Assembly (NCBI GenBank): GCA_044892525.1
Contig: CM097885.1
Span: 8,744,001-8,808,000, forward strand
Reading direction: 5' to 3'
Length of the DNA stretch: 64,000 bases
Source of the DNA: Schmidtea polychroa
Taxonomy: Eukaryota
Shown: positions 9,996 to 21,444 of the stretch, in pieces
Position numbering within the stretch: the stretch's first letter is position 1
Layout of the letters: each line of letters begins with the position of its first letter
Position numbers and translations under genes: made by a program
The notes under the pieces: model-generated
What the model was told of the DNA's origin: nothing
What the model saw: only the letters and a program-made list of their open reading frames with translations
The model's database searches: none

Positions 9996-11869
9996 TTAAA
10001 AATAATGAGTCACATGTACTTTAATGATGAGTAATCGTCTTTGTTTAAAATGTTGAGTCATATGTATTTTAACGACCTTGATGGCGGCTTCTTGATGATC
10101 GGAACTGCCGCAGGAGTTCCTGAGATAGATGATGCGATAGCAGTGAACCGTCCGTGTGTATCCCGGCACGAAAATCGATAATATTCTGTATCTGCTTTCG
10201 GATTGTGATCTAGAGATCACAAGTGATCCCTTGAACCTAGACTAGACACTTCTCGATTGTGTGGAATTTTTTATATAACTTGTGAACATCGTAACCATGT
10301 TGCTAATAGCCTTCTACACTTCCTGACCAAAATCCCGACTTTTTTGGATTGAAGGGCCACCTCCGATATGTAAGGCATTACGTCATGGCCAAATTTCGCC
10401 ATTTGATACATGCTATAACTGCTTTTTTTTTAAATAAGCTTAAAGCGCTATTGAAGTTTTCCAACTTACCACCAGTAGATATGACTTCATCCGAGTATCT
10501 GCTTATTACTTTTCTTTCTCTTCCTTGTTTATTTATTTCTCGCATCTTTTTGCTATTTTTCTTTCAGTGAATTGAATTTGAATTCTTCGCATTTTCCTTC
10601 ATGTTTCTTCGTTTCAAATAAACTAATGGTAAAATATTTTTAATTTTTACTTTTTTATTTTCAAATTATTTTAGACTTCGAAATATTTTTAATTTGCATT
10701 TTCTAATTAAAATATATTCAATTAAAATATTGATTTAAATAATTTTTGAAAAATAAGCTGTTTTTAAATTATGATTTGAATACATTGTTGGTATCTAGTT
10801 GCTAGTTGTTGGTATCCAATTGTTAACTGATCCTTAGTATCTAGTTAATGGGTAGGTTGGGAGGGGTTGAGTGTGACCAATACCCTTACGACCAATACCC
10901 ATAGGGGACAAAACATCCTGTCGGATAAAATCAGACTATATATAATAAATCGAATTAACAATGACTACTTATTGAATAAGCATGAAATTTTTACTTTGCA
11001 ATAATAAATCAGTACGTATGTTAGTAATCAATTAAAAGTTAAGCAGATCTTTTGTGAATAAAAATTATAATTCTATAGTCTTTCGTTGTAATTTTAAAAT
11101 ATTTAAATTATTTTCAATTCCATGTGGTGTTTTAAAGTGGCTGAGTTGACAATTATTCATTTTTTTAACGAAAATCATCATTTTTGATAAATTTATACAT
11201 TTTTCTTAGAAAGGTTTTTCTACTGTTTGTAATTCAAAATATTTATGAATTCTAACACAAATAAAAAATTTTATTTATTTGAAAAGTATTTGATAAAATA
11301 CAATGAAGAATATTTAGTTAGTTGAAAGTTTTAAGTATCTAGATGTTTGAGAGTTAGTACTTTGTATTTGGTATTTAGTTGGTTGCTTGTGAGGATATAT
11401 TGTTGGTATCTAGTTGTTTGTTGGCTGTTGTAATCTAGTTGTAGGTTGGTATTTGTTAATTTCTCGATTGGATTTGTTGTTGGTTGTTAGTACTTGGTAC
11501 ATAGTTGTTGGTAAATGGTTTTAAGTACATGGTAGTAAGTATCCGGTTGTAAGTACTTAGTTGTATGTATTTGGTACTTATTTATTAGTACCTAGTTAAA
11601 AATTCTTAGCAGCTGATAGTTGGTACTTGGTGTTTGATTGTAAATAGTACCAAGATAGTATCTAGTGGAAAGCTGTTTGTTAGAAGTACATAGTTGTTAG
11701 TATTTGGTTGTAAGTATCTGGTGGGTTGTTAGTTCCTAGTGGTTGACACTAATCTGTTAGTATCTAGTTTTTTGTTGGTTGTTAGCACATGGTACTTGGT
11801 ATCTAGTTTTAAGTACTTGGTTGTTGTTGGTATCTAGTTGTTGAATTATTATTACTATTATTAGGATTC

Positions 11870-12298
11870 TCATCTATCTTCTCGACTCCAGCATGACACA
11901 ATAGTCTATGTATTTCCTTTATGGTTTCTTGTATCTCGTTTTCAGGTATCATCGTTTTCTTTCGTAATTCTTCTTCCAAATTTATTTGTTGATTGGTGCT
12001 CCTACCTTCTTCTCTGATCGAGTCTAGTAATCTAGTTTTTATCTTTCCTTTCTTAAATTCTTCGTGAGCCATTTGACATTGAACACACGTTTCACATTTA
12101 GTTCTGGACACCATGTCTGCATTTTGGTGATTAACACCCTTTCTATATTCAACGATTATATCCAAACTGCTCAAATAATTGATCCAGGTTTGGAATTGAG
12201 AAGTAATTGGCTTTTTGGTTGTCATCATAAACGTGATCGCCTTGTGATCTGTCCATAGCGTGAATCTTCTTCCGTAGAGATAGTGCTTAAAATGAATA
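11870..12298 (-). pseudogene. Ty3/Gypsy pol fragment (RNase H C-terminus to integrase zinc-binding start); also 31512-31940, 51218-51646
   Basis: HFKHYLYGRRFTLWTDHKAITF...WINYLSSLDIIVEYRKGVNHQNADMVSR and IHRLLCHAG. Truncated at both ends. Confidence 0.85.
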
Positions 12299-13164
12299 CA
12301 AAAAAATTATTACTGCATTCTGCACATTAATTTTCGGATTCAATGATTTTATCAACAACAATAAATAAAAATTTTAAACGATGAGTCATCGATGAGTATT
12401 TGTCTATATTTATAATTATCATGAAAAAATTTGAAATATTTTAATAATTTCATAATGAAATATTTAATTGATTTTTTCATAATTATTGATTCGAAACTTA
12501 TTCGAATAAGACAAAATATTTGCATTTTTAACATTTTCACGAATAATTATTTTATTTATTTATTCGTTTTACTACAAATTTTCATTATCCCGATTGACTT
12601 ATTTTAATTATTTCATAAAATTCTTGATTCAAGATTTAGATTAAATCTTCTGAGTGAATTATATTCTAATATTTGGATCAGTGAAATATCCTTATCCAAT
12701 TGTGGATCATTCCCAATATTTATAACCATAACGAAATCATTATTTCAAAGACCAAAACCCAAAAATTTCTGAATACATTAACAACCCGTTTAGTGTTTCC
12801 CAATAATATTTTATGAAAAATGTTTATTTTTATATTTTGATCTATTTTTAATTTGTATTTTCCGTTTAAAAATGTTCTTTAAATTTCCATAAAAATTTTA
12901 CTTTTTGTTATAAAAATTTAATTTAAATAATTTTATAAGATTTAAAATAAATGAATATTTAAAATAAACACTGAAAATTAACATTAATAAAATATCGAAT
13001 TTCGCTCAATGCTAAAATAAAATATTTATAAATTGTTTGTTTATCTACATTAAAATACAAATTAAAAATATTGAAATTGTAAACGTCAGAGGAAATAATT
13101 AATATAATAAGTAAGATTTATGAATGTTGTTAAATGTTAAAAATTTATAAATGTAATAGGAATA

Positions 13165-14256
13165 ATGAAGAGCAATAAATTTAAATTCGATAACAATCAG
13201 CCAATCAGATGTCCATTTAATAAAATTGGATGCGAAATGAATGAAGTGGTGAATAACGAAATGAAAGTCCATCTCAATGAGAACATTGAAAGCCATAGCA
13301 AATTATTGATTGATCAGATCAGTAATTTATGCAATGAGATGCAATCAATGAGAGATGAGAATATGCATTTGCCTAACGAAGTTATTGAATTGAAAGGAGA
13401 AATCACGCAATTCAAACAACAATTTAATAATATCAATGTAAAATTTTATTTGTAATTAATTTTATTTGTATTTGTAATTGGAGATGAAATTGTGCAATAT
13501 TGAAAGGGAAGAAGTGCACAACAGAGGGGAATTCGATAAATTGAATGAGGAAATGGTGGCAGTGAAGAATGACAATCACTCATTGAGAATGAAGATGGAG
13601 ACAAATATTGGATCAACCAATCAAGTTTGATTATTTATTTGATTTGTTATTGATTTGTTATTGATGCGAAGCAGATCAGACAGCAAGTTGGTGAGACGAA
13701 AAAGAAATGCGAGCAGCGTCTGCAACAGGAAAATGAAAAGGTTAATTATTGAATTATTATTGAAATATTTGAATTTTCGATTCAGTTGCAGCTTGAAATG
13801 ACGAAATGCACAAATGAAAAAAATATAAATTATGGATTTTTTGAATGGAACATCGATAAATTATCACAACAAAAGAGAAGTCAATATATTTACAGCGAGT
13901 CATTTTATTCAGGGCTAGTTGGTTACAAAATGTGCTTGAGGATGATGATTAGGGTTTCTAAGGGTCATGGGGATGCAATTTGGGTTGGTTTCTGTTTGAT
14001 GCGTGGGGAAAATGATAAGCAGTTGGATTGGCCGTTCAAACAATCTGTGACAATCGATGTGATCGATCCAGCAAATGGCAACATTTATAAGAGTCAGTCG
14101 ACAAATTATTCAGATCGCCCTCGTGATGCCGGATGGAAGAAACCGTCAAAGGACAGAAATGATTCAATTGGCATTTATCATTGTGATGTCTCAATCTATG
14201 AATTTGCAGCCAAAAATAATAAATTGCTGCTCAGATGCAGAATTGAAAAATTATGA
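13165..14256 (+). CDS. TRAF-like protein (partial TRAF zinc finger, coiled coil, MATH domain; no RING); exons 13165-13437, 13484-13624, 13675-13740, 13786-14256; 316 aa
   Basis: RCPFNKIGC...MKVHL, heptad-rich middle, and MATH motifs FEWNI, YSESFYS..GYKMCLR, LMRGENDKQLDWPF. Three 45-50 nt phase-0 GT-AG introns give one open frame. AATAAA at ~14277. Further upstream exons cannot be excluded. Confidence 0.88.
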
Positions 14257-14726
14257 GAAATTTAAAAAAGCATTTCAATAAAAATTGATTTATTTTGGCT
14301 TTTCATCAGTTTTATTATTTTGGAAATATTTGTTAAAAAAACATTTTTAAAAAATCAGTTTATTGATGCATTTGGCCAATTATAAACTAATTGCAACATT
14401 AGTATGCTGTGGATCAGTTGTAACCATATTCAATGTTGATTGGATGGTTTCGGGTTCGGGTTCGGTTTCAGTCTCTGGAAAATATAATTATTGAAAAAAT
14501 TCTTTAGTAAAATTCAATATCATTATAAAGTCATCATCAAAATTAAGAGAAATATCCAATCACTTGATTATTGTAAAAACTGTAGACGGTTGGATGTTTA
14601 AATGGGTCAAAATATTTGGTGAGGGACTGGTGGAATCTTTTGAATATTTAAATGGGTGAAGTTTTATTGGAAATGTTTTATGATGAAATTACAATAGGGG
14701 AAATAGTGAATCAATAATAGTTCCTG

Positions 14727-14992
14727 TGTTGGTGTAACAGTTATTTTCATAACACAAAATCTATTTCATCAAGGTGGTGCACATCGAACACTTGATTGAT
14801 TTTCTTGCACGTCAAGCTTACCCTAATAACCGTAATTTTCTTATCAAAGCATTTCAAGTTGCTACGAAAATACCGCATGGATATATATTTCTCGATTTCA
14901 CACAACAATGTCCTGATGATATACGGATAAAAACAGATATTTTCAACCCAAAAGGTGCCATGGTTTATAAACAAAGTTCAAAACAAATTTGA
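14727..14992 (+). pseudogene. Polinton packaging ATPase 3' fragment with internal deletion (also 34369-34634, 54075-54340)
   Basis: VGVTVIFITQNLF...IDFLARQAYP...HGYIFLD. Inverted homologue of 4320-4640. Confidence 0.8.
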
Positions 14993-15005
14993 AAACATAT
15001 AAATC

Positions 15006-15485
15006 ATGTTTTCAAAAACAAGGATATCAGGTTAAAAACAACTAAAAGTTCCACCAACAACTAGTTATACTCCATCTAAAGAACTTATTACAGAAAATAT
15101 TTCTGCAATGAATCTTATTTCGAAAAATCCTAAACCTCTAACCTAAAAGTAAAACAAGTAAGAAAGTAAAAGTTGTTAAAAATCATCGGAGTTTCCCGTT
15201 TTTTAATACATTGTTAAAGGCACCAAGTATGAAAAGAAACAGTATTTTGCAATCATTTCCAAATTATATTGTCGATATTATACTTAAAGTAGTCAAAGGC
15301 AAGATTAAAATCAGTAAATCTAAAAAGCAATTACTGAGTAAAGAAAACCTTTGTTATCATTAGTAAATAATAAAAATCGTCAACAAATGAGAAAAATTAT
15401 ATATAAACAACAAGGGAAATTTATCGGTGCATTGATACCTTTAGCAATATCATTATTAGGTGGAATAATAGGAAGTCGATCATAA
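15006..15485 (+). pseudogene. Disrupted pX-like core protein gene (also 34648-35127, 54354-54833)
   Basis: Homologous to 3819-4307, with stops and frameshifts. Confidence 0.7.
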
Positions 15486-15546
15486 ACAATGAGTGCTAAT
15501 CCTTCATTACCCGACATTAAATTTAATATTAAATCTTCTTGTTGTA

Positions 15547-15938
15547 ATGGATAAGATTTGGACGAACCCCGAAGACGAAGCCGGTTTTGGTGGAGTCGCA
15601 AAAATAAAGAAAAGAGTTCCGAATTCGAAAAAGGAAACCCAGAAGTTTGAACAGTTTGTACAGTTTGAACAAACCAATGCAGAAACGATTTCCAACAAGA
15701 GCATATAAAACATGGAATAAATGATTTATGGCAAATGGATTTGATGGAGATGATACCCTATTCGAAAATTAACATTCGGTATAAATATATTTTAACATGT
15801 ATTGACGTATTCAGTTGGTTTGCTCGAGCAATACCAGTCAAGGTCAAAATCTGCAGATGAAATGTCAAAAGCTGTTAATAATTTATTTAAAAAGGACATC
15901 CTAATAACTTGCAAACGGATTTAGGTAATATTATTAAA

Positions 15939-16009
<71 letters not shown>

Positions 16010-16637
16010 AGGTAAAGAATTCTACAACAGTAAAGTCAAGCAAATCCTCAATAAATTGAATATAAACCATTACTCGGTACATTATCAATACAAAGCTGCT
16101 CATGTTGAAAGATTTAAATGAACATTGAGAGATAGATTAAAGAAATTCTTTGTACATCAAGGTAATAAAAAATGGATATTGGTTTTACCAAAAATAATAA
16201 CCAGTTATAATCATTCATCACATCGAGGACTGAATAGATTAATGCCGATTGATATCACTTCAAAAACATTCTATTCTACAAAACCTGTAAAAATTACAAA
16301 ACCTAAATATAAAGTAGGTGACCATGTTAGAATTAGTAAAATTAGTGCATCACCATTTATTAAACATTTCGATACAAATTAGAATGATGAAGTCTTTGTA
16401 ATTTCAAAAGTAAATACTAGCCAGAGTCCTGTAATGATTGTCATCAAAGACAATGATAATAATATTGTACAAGGAAAATTTTATGAGCAAGAATTACAAG
16501 TTATTCCTCCTCCAAAAGTATTTAGAATTCAAAAGATATTGAAAACTAAAAAGGTCGGCAAGGATAAACAATACTATGTCAAGTGGCATGGATATCAAAA
16601 CCCATCATGGATATCAGAAAAGGACCTAGTAAAGTGA
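15547..16637 (+). pseudogene. Disrupted Polinton integrase retaining the (ATT)n intron (15925-16011)
   Basis: Homologous to 2677-3757, with frameshifts and stops (ERFK*, DTN*). Confidence 0.88.
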
Positions 16638-17218
16638 ATTTTTATACTATTTTACCAAGCAATAGTTGCCCATTAATTCATCCAGATAATCAAGCCAGCA
16701 AATTCATGGTCAATCTCCAGAATCCGATTTCTTTAAATGGTGACTGGGAAGTTGCACTGCAAGATTTTACATTCGTGTACAACACATTCCTATTTTATAG
16801 TCAATGTAAGATTTATTTCAAAAGATCTCATACTGCTTCCAGCTCAATTTTCAAAAACTTTGGTGTTACTTCATTGACTTTGTCTAAAAATACTGATTAT
16901 AGAGAAACATATACTCAAGATTTCGAAAGTGATAATTACTGTGCTACATATATGCAAAGTATTGTTAGAAATCTGGGTTATTTAGATAAAAACTTGAATT
17001 GTGGAATAACTCTTGAAGAATTTAAAATCAAATACCCATTTTTCACATTTGTTTTAGCCCCCGAGTTTGATTTAAATCAGAGTCAACTACCACAAAACGT
17101 CAATTTACGACTGGATATAAAGTTTGCAAAGGCCATTACAGAACTGGTACATGTTATTATATATGGAGTATTGGAAAATGAAGTTCAAATTACTGCAAAT
17201 AGAACCGTGCTAATATAA
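16583..17218 (+). CDS. In-frame chimera of penton N-terminus and major capsid protein C-terminus
   Basis: The first ~80 aa match 1601-2731. The remainder (GITLEEF...FTFVLAPE...NLRLDIKFAKA...VIIYGVLENEVQITANRTV) resembles the Polinton major capsid C-terminus. Confidence 0.65.
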   Translation: MAWISKPIMDIRKGPSKVNFYTILPSNSCPLIHPDNQASKFMVNLQNPISLNGDWEVALQDFTFVYNTFLFYSQCKIYFKRSHTASSSIFKNFGVTSLTLSKNTDYRETYTQDFESDNYCATYMQSIVRNLGYLDKNLNCGITLEEFKIKYPFFTFVLAPEFDLNQSQLPQNVNLRLDIKFAKAITELVHVIIYGVLENEVQITANRTVLI

Positions 17219-17250
17219 ATGTAAACAGAAATATAGAAATTTGTCATGGT

Positions 17251-17566
17251 ACGTCTGTGTAATTCTTCACAGAAATTATTAACATTCTGTTCGAAACCAA
17301 CTTTTCGAAAATCCACGAAAATAGATGATGACCTGATTTCGGTTTTATTGAGGAAGGATTGTATCTGTTTGAATAGACCTAGTTACATTGCTCAAACTGT
17401 ACTAGATTTATCCAAACTCAGGATGTACCAGCAGCAGTATGAACAGTTGCAAAAATATCGCGACGAATTCAACTGCGAAATTAATATTGTTTCTGCGGAC
17501 AGAGATTCCTTCTTCTTGGCAATTAAACATTGTAGTCTTGACATTCTTTTACCTGCGATGATTAGA
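17251..17566 (+). pseudogene. pPolB internal fragment, inverted near-identical duplicate of ~19733-20048 (also ORFs 36942-37280, 56648-56986)
   Basis: RLCNSSQK...LLPAMIR identical except one D/Y, and it shares the degenerate motif C SADRDS. Confidence 0.88.
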
Positions 17567-18624
17567 TACTCAGAGTATATATAATAAAACCAACTAACTT
17601 CATCAAATTTATCATTGAATCAGTCAAATTATCATAAATTTTGGTTTATTGGATGGATAAATTTAATCTTTCAATGCAACTACTCGGTAAAATTGTACAG
17701 TAATATTTATTTCAAATTTCAAGTACAGTGATTTACATTTAGAACAAAAATTTAATTATAACTTGTTTTATCAATAGATTTATAAATTATTTAGGGCCAA
17801 ATTTTTTTACATGTCTTTTAGGGAAATATTTGTGATATTTGGAATTAAAGTTAGAATTATAGTCATTTAAAATCCTTTAATCAATTTGCTGACTTTAATA
17901 ATTTTGTTCAATAAATGTCAATCGCAGGTATAATACAGAATGGCTGGTGGCAAACCGTCGTCAAAGGAGCCTAGCCAGGATTCGTCGTACACGCTGGAGG
18001 AAAACACCACTGCTAGCCCCCTACCAAATCAGTTTCAAGGTTGCGAACCGAGTGGATTTGGTATAAAATCCATGGAATGATGGTTATCACCAGATGCGAA
18101 CCGACCTCGCTAGCGGGAAGATCTGTCTCGCCACTCCCAAGACGGAGGCTCTCCCAAATCCGGCCTTAGAGGCGAATGACGACAGTGCCGTCACCGCTAC
18201 CCAGGACGCAATCCCGAACAGCCTGTAAACAGATCAAAAAATTAGGTCAGGGGTCCTGGAAAATCCCAGTGGGAACACCCGGGTCTGATTAGACCCTACA
18301 CTGCTCGCCGAGCTGAATGCATGGCACGCCAGGTCAGAACGAGAGTCTAGAGCAGCACTCTCTGCCCAGGAGGCCAACCCCCGGAAAGTGGCCGACACCG
18401 TAAATCAGTAACACTGGCAACGGCCAACGGGAATCTGGCGCAAATAACAATCCCCGAACATAAAATATTGTGATTCGTTAACTTTTAACTTTTGTGTTGA
18501 CTTAGTTATTATTAAACTGTTTGTTTAATCTTTATTTAATTATAATTATCATGCATACGGAGAACATAAATAGCCAGCAAGGTGTTTTCGAAGTTTTATT
18601 GATAATTTAAAAATTTTTTTTTAA

Positions 18625-18935
18625 ATAACAAAATAAAGACATAGTATATAACAAAGAACTATTACAAAACAATTATAAATTACACGACAAAGACATATTA
18701 CGTAACAAAGACATGTTATGTACCAAAGACATGATATGTAACAAAGGAATATTACATAACAAAGTCATAAATTTAAACAAAGCCTTATTACATAAGAAAG
18801 ACATTTTAACAAACACATAAATTAAAAAAAAACTGACTATTACATAACAAAGACATATGACTCATAAATATTACGTAACAAAAACATTTTAACAAAGAAA
18901 CATGACTCATCATACTTTTTAAATATATTACGTTG
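18625..18935 (+). repeat. AACAAAGAC / ATTAC(G/A)TAA motif array (also copies 2 and 3)
   Basis: Degenerate tandem repeat visible directly. Confidence 0.7.
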
Positions 18936-19252
18936 CGTTATTTTAATTTTAAATATATTTTAAATACTTATTTTGACGCTAAAGTCGACAGAATAAAATT
19001 ATTGCATATACTTTGCACATACTTTGCAATATTATTATTATTATATATAGTCTGAGTTTATCCGACAAGATATTCTGTCCCCCTATGGGTACTGCTTACA
19101 AAGGTACTGCTAAAAAATATTCAAGGCAAAACTTTAACATATTATTATTACACACACACACACATATAATGTATAAAAAATTGTTCACAAAGGTACTGCT
19201 AAAAATACTCAAGGCAATAAAATCAATACATTTATTAAATAATTTAACCACA

Positions 19253-20584
19253 TCATTGAAAATAATCATGTCCAAAATAATTATCATCTGCTGGATCATG
19301 GAAATCATCTGGATCATCTGCTGAGACAGCTTCTGTTGAATCTATAAATATATCGGTGTCACCTCCCCTATAATGGCCATATGCCAAACTTTGAATTTTA
19401 TCCACCCAATTTCGCTTATCATCTCTACATGTCAAGGCTCTTTTATTATTTTTAATACCAAAAAGTTGGTGATTTTTCGATGTTATTCTAAATTGAGGGA
19501 CTGTGTATATTTTATCGTTTAAATAACAATCTAGATACGACTGATGTGTTAGTCCCTTAGCCTTCATACTTTCATCATCACCCATTAAACTGTAACATTT
19601 AGGTCTCAAGAATACCCAATCTTCATATAATAAACCTTTATTCTCGTCTTTGAATTTACCAATGACAGAATCAAGGTTCCTACTATATAAAGGATGATTT
19701 GGGTCAAAATTCGAAGTATCTAATAATTGATCTCTAATCATCGCAGGTAAAAGAATGTCAAGACTACAATGTTTAATTGCCAAGAAGAAGGAATCTCTGT
19801 CCGCAGAAACAATATTAATTTCGCAGTTGAATTCGTCGCGATATTTTTGCAACTGTTCATACTGCTGCTGGTACATCCTGAGTTTGGATAAATCTAGTAC
19901 AGTTTGAGCAATGTAACTAGGTCTATTCAAACAGATACAATATTTCCTCAATAAAACCGAAATCAGGTCATCATCTATTTTCGTGGATTTTCGAAAAGTT
20001 GGTTTCGAACAGAATGTTAATAATTTCTGTGAAGAATTACACAGACGTAAATTAATACGTTTTTTTAAGATTTTCAACTGTCTTGCCGTAAAAGACTGTT
20101 GTTTAATAATTTATAAAAATTTTTATCAAGTTTATTTCTCGGCGCTGCTCGTAACACCGTATTTGTGTTAATATAATTTTTGAAAATTTTATCTTGTTTA
20201 AATTTAATTGCTCTATGAGTTTTTGATATTTTAACACCTAATTTAATAAATATTTGCAGAAGCCTCCAATGAAGAACGTAGTTCATCTTGGGGCTGTGTG
20301 TAAGCAACATCTTCTCTATTTTCGAACCCGGTACACACATCTTTTCAGCGGCAACGGGAAGATCGTCCAGTTTGTCGTGAATTGACGTCGGTATTTCTAA
20401 ATCCACGTCTATGGTATAACCATAATCAAGTAGATCTAAATCTACCGTTGTGCACTCAACAATTATATTATTTAATAAATTATCATCTGTAACCCATTAA
20501 AAGTCAGTGCAAGGTAATGGTTGACTTAAAGCCCAACCATATAAATTATTTATATCTATGTAAAGCAAAGCGGTATCCATCATG
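19253..20584 (-). pseudogene. Second-lineage Polinton pPolB pseudogene (motif A to C-terminus)
   Basis: LLYIDINNLYGWAL, an in-frame TAA at ~20498, frameshifts around motif B (~20060-20095), and motif C altered to ADRDS. Confidence 0.9.
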
Positions 20585-20632
20585 TTGTTGCACGATTTTT
20601 TTTTGTTGCAACTTTTTATTACGCAATTGTTC

Positions 20633-21440
20633 CACACTATAGTGAGGGGGTCTCGATGGTCCTGGGATTTTCAATACAAAAAATTTTTTTCAATACAAAA
20701 ACGATGGTCCTGGGATTTTCAATACAAAAAAAAATTTTTCGATACAAAAACGATGGTCCTGGGATTTTCAATACAAATAAAATTTTTTCTATACAAAAAT
20801 CCGACTACCAATAAAAAAGCATGGAATTTTCAGACTATAGTGAGGGGGTCTCGATGGTCCTGGGATTTTCAATACAAATAAATTTTTTTCAATACAAAAA
20901 TCGACTACCACTAAAAAAGCATGGAATTTTCACACTATAGTGCGGGGGTCTCGATGGTCCTGGGATTTTCAATACAAATAAAATTTTTTCTATACAAAAA
21001 TCCGACTACCAATAAAAAAGCATGGAATTTTCAGACTATAGTGAGGGGGTCTCGATGGTCCTGGGATTTTCAATACAAATAAATTTTTTTCAATACAAAA
21101 ATCCGACTACCACTAAAAAAGCATGGAATTTTCACACTATAGTGCGGGAGTCTCGATGGTCCTGGGATTTTCAATACAAAAATCCGACTACCACTAAAAA
21201 AGCATGGATTTTTCTAGGTCAATTCAGGTGGGTCTCCTTGGTCCTGGGATTTTCAATACAAAAAAAATTTTTCAATACAAAAAGCTGGTCTACACTAAAA
21301 AAGCATGGTAATTTAAGGTCTCAGGATTTTTTCAATACAAAAAGCTGGTCTACACTAAAAAAGCCAAGGATTTTTCAGACTATAGTGAGGTGAGTCTCCT
21401 TGGTCCTGAGAAAAAGGTGGTCTACACTAAAAAACGTGGT
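20633..21440 (+). repeat. ~101-bp minisatellite (also ~40329-41136, ~60035-60793)
   Basis: CA(C/G)ACTATAGTG(A/C)GGGGGTCTCGATGGTCCTGGGATTTTCAATACAAA... with units starting at 20831, 20931, 21032 and 21133. Confidence 0.92.
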
Positions 21441-21444
21441 AAAT

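Noticed and set aside
6093..14256. RING ORF and TRAF exons as one spliced full-length TRAF gene
   Set aside because: The RING is of the C-terminal IAP type and ends at its own stop and polyA signal, unlike an N-terminal TRAF RING.
14380..14480. TTCGGG repeats as telomere-like sequence, or a minus-strand terminal exon (ETEPEPET...)
   Set aside because: Only about three hexamers, and no consistent upstream exon could be built.
20582..21393. ORFs of 99 and 123 aa with repeated SRWSWDFQYK, and 23222-23434
   Set aside because: Read-through of satellites. Length and presence vary among the three copies.
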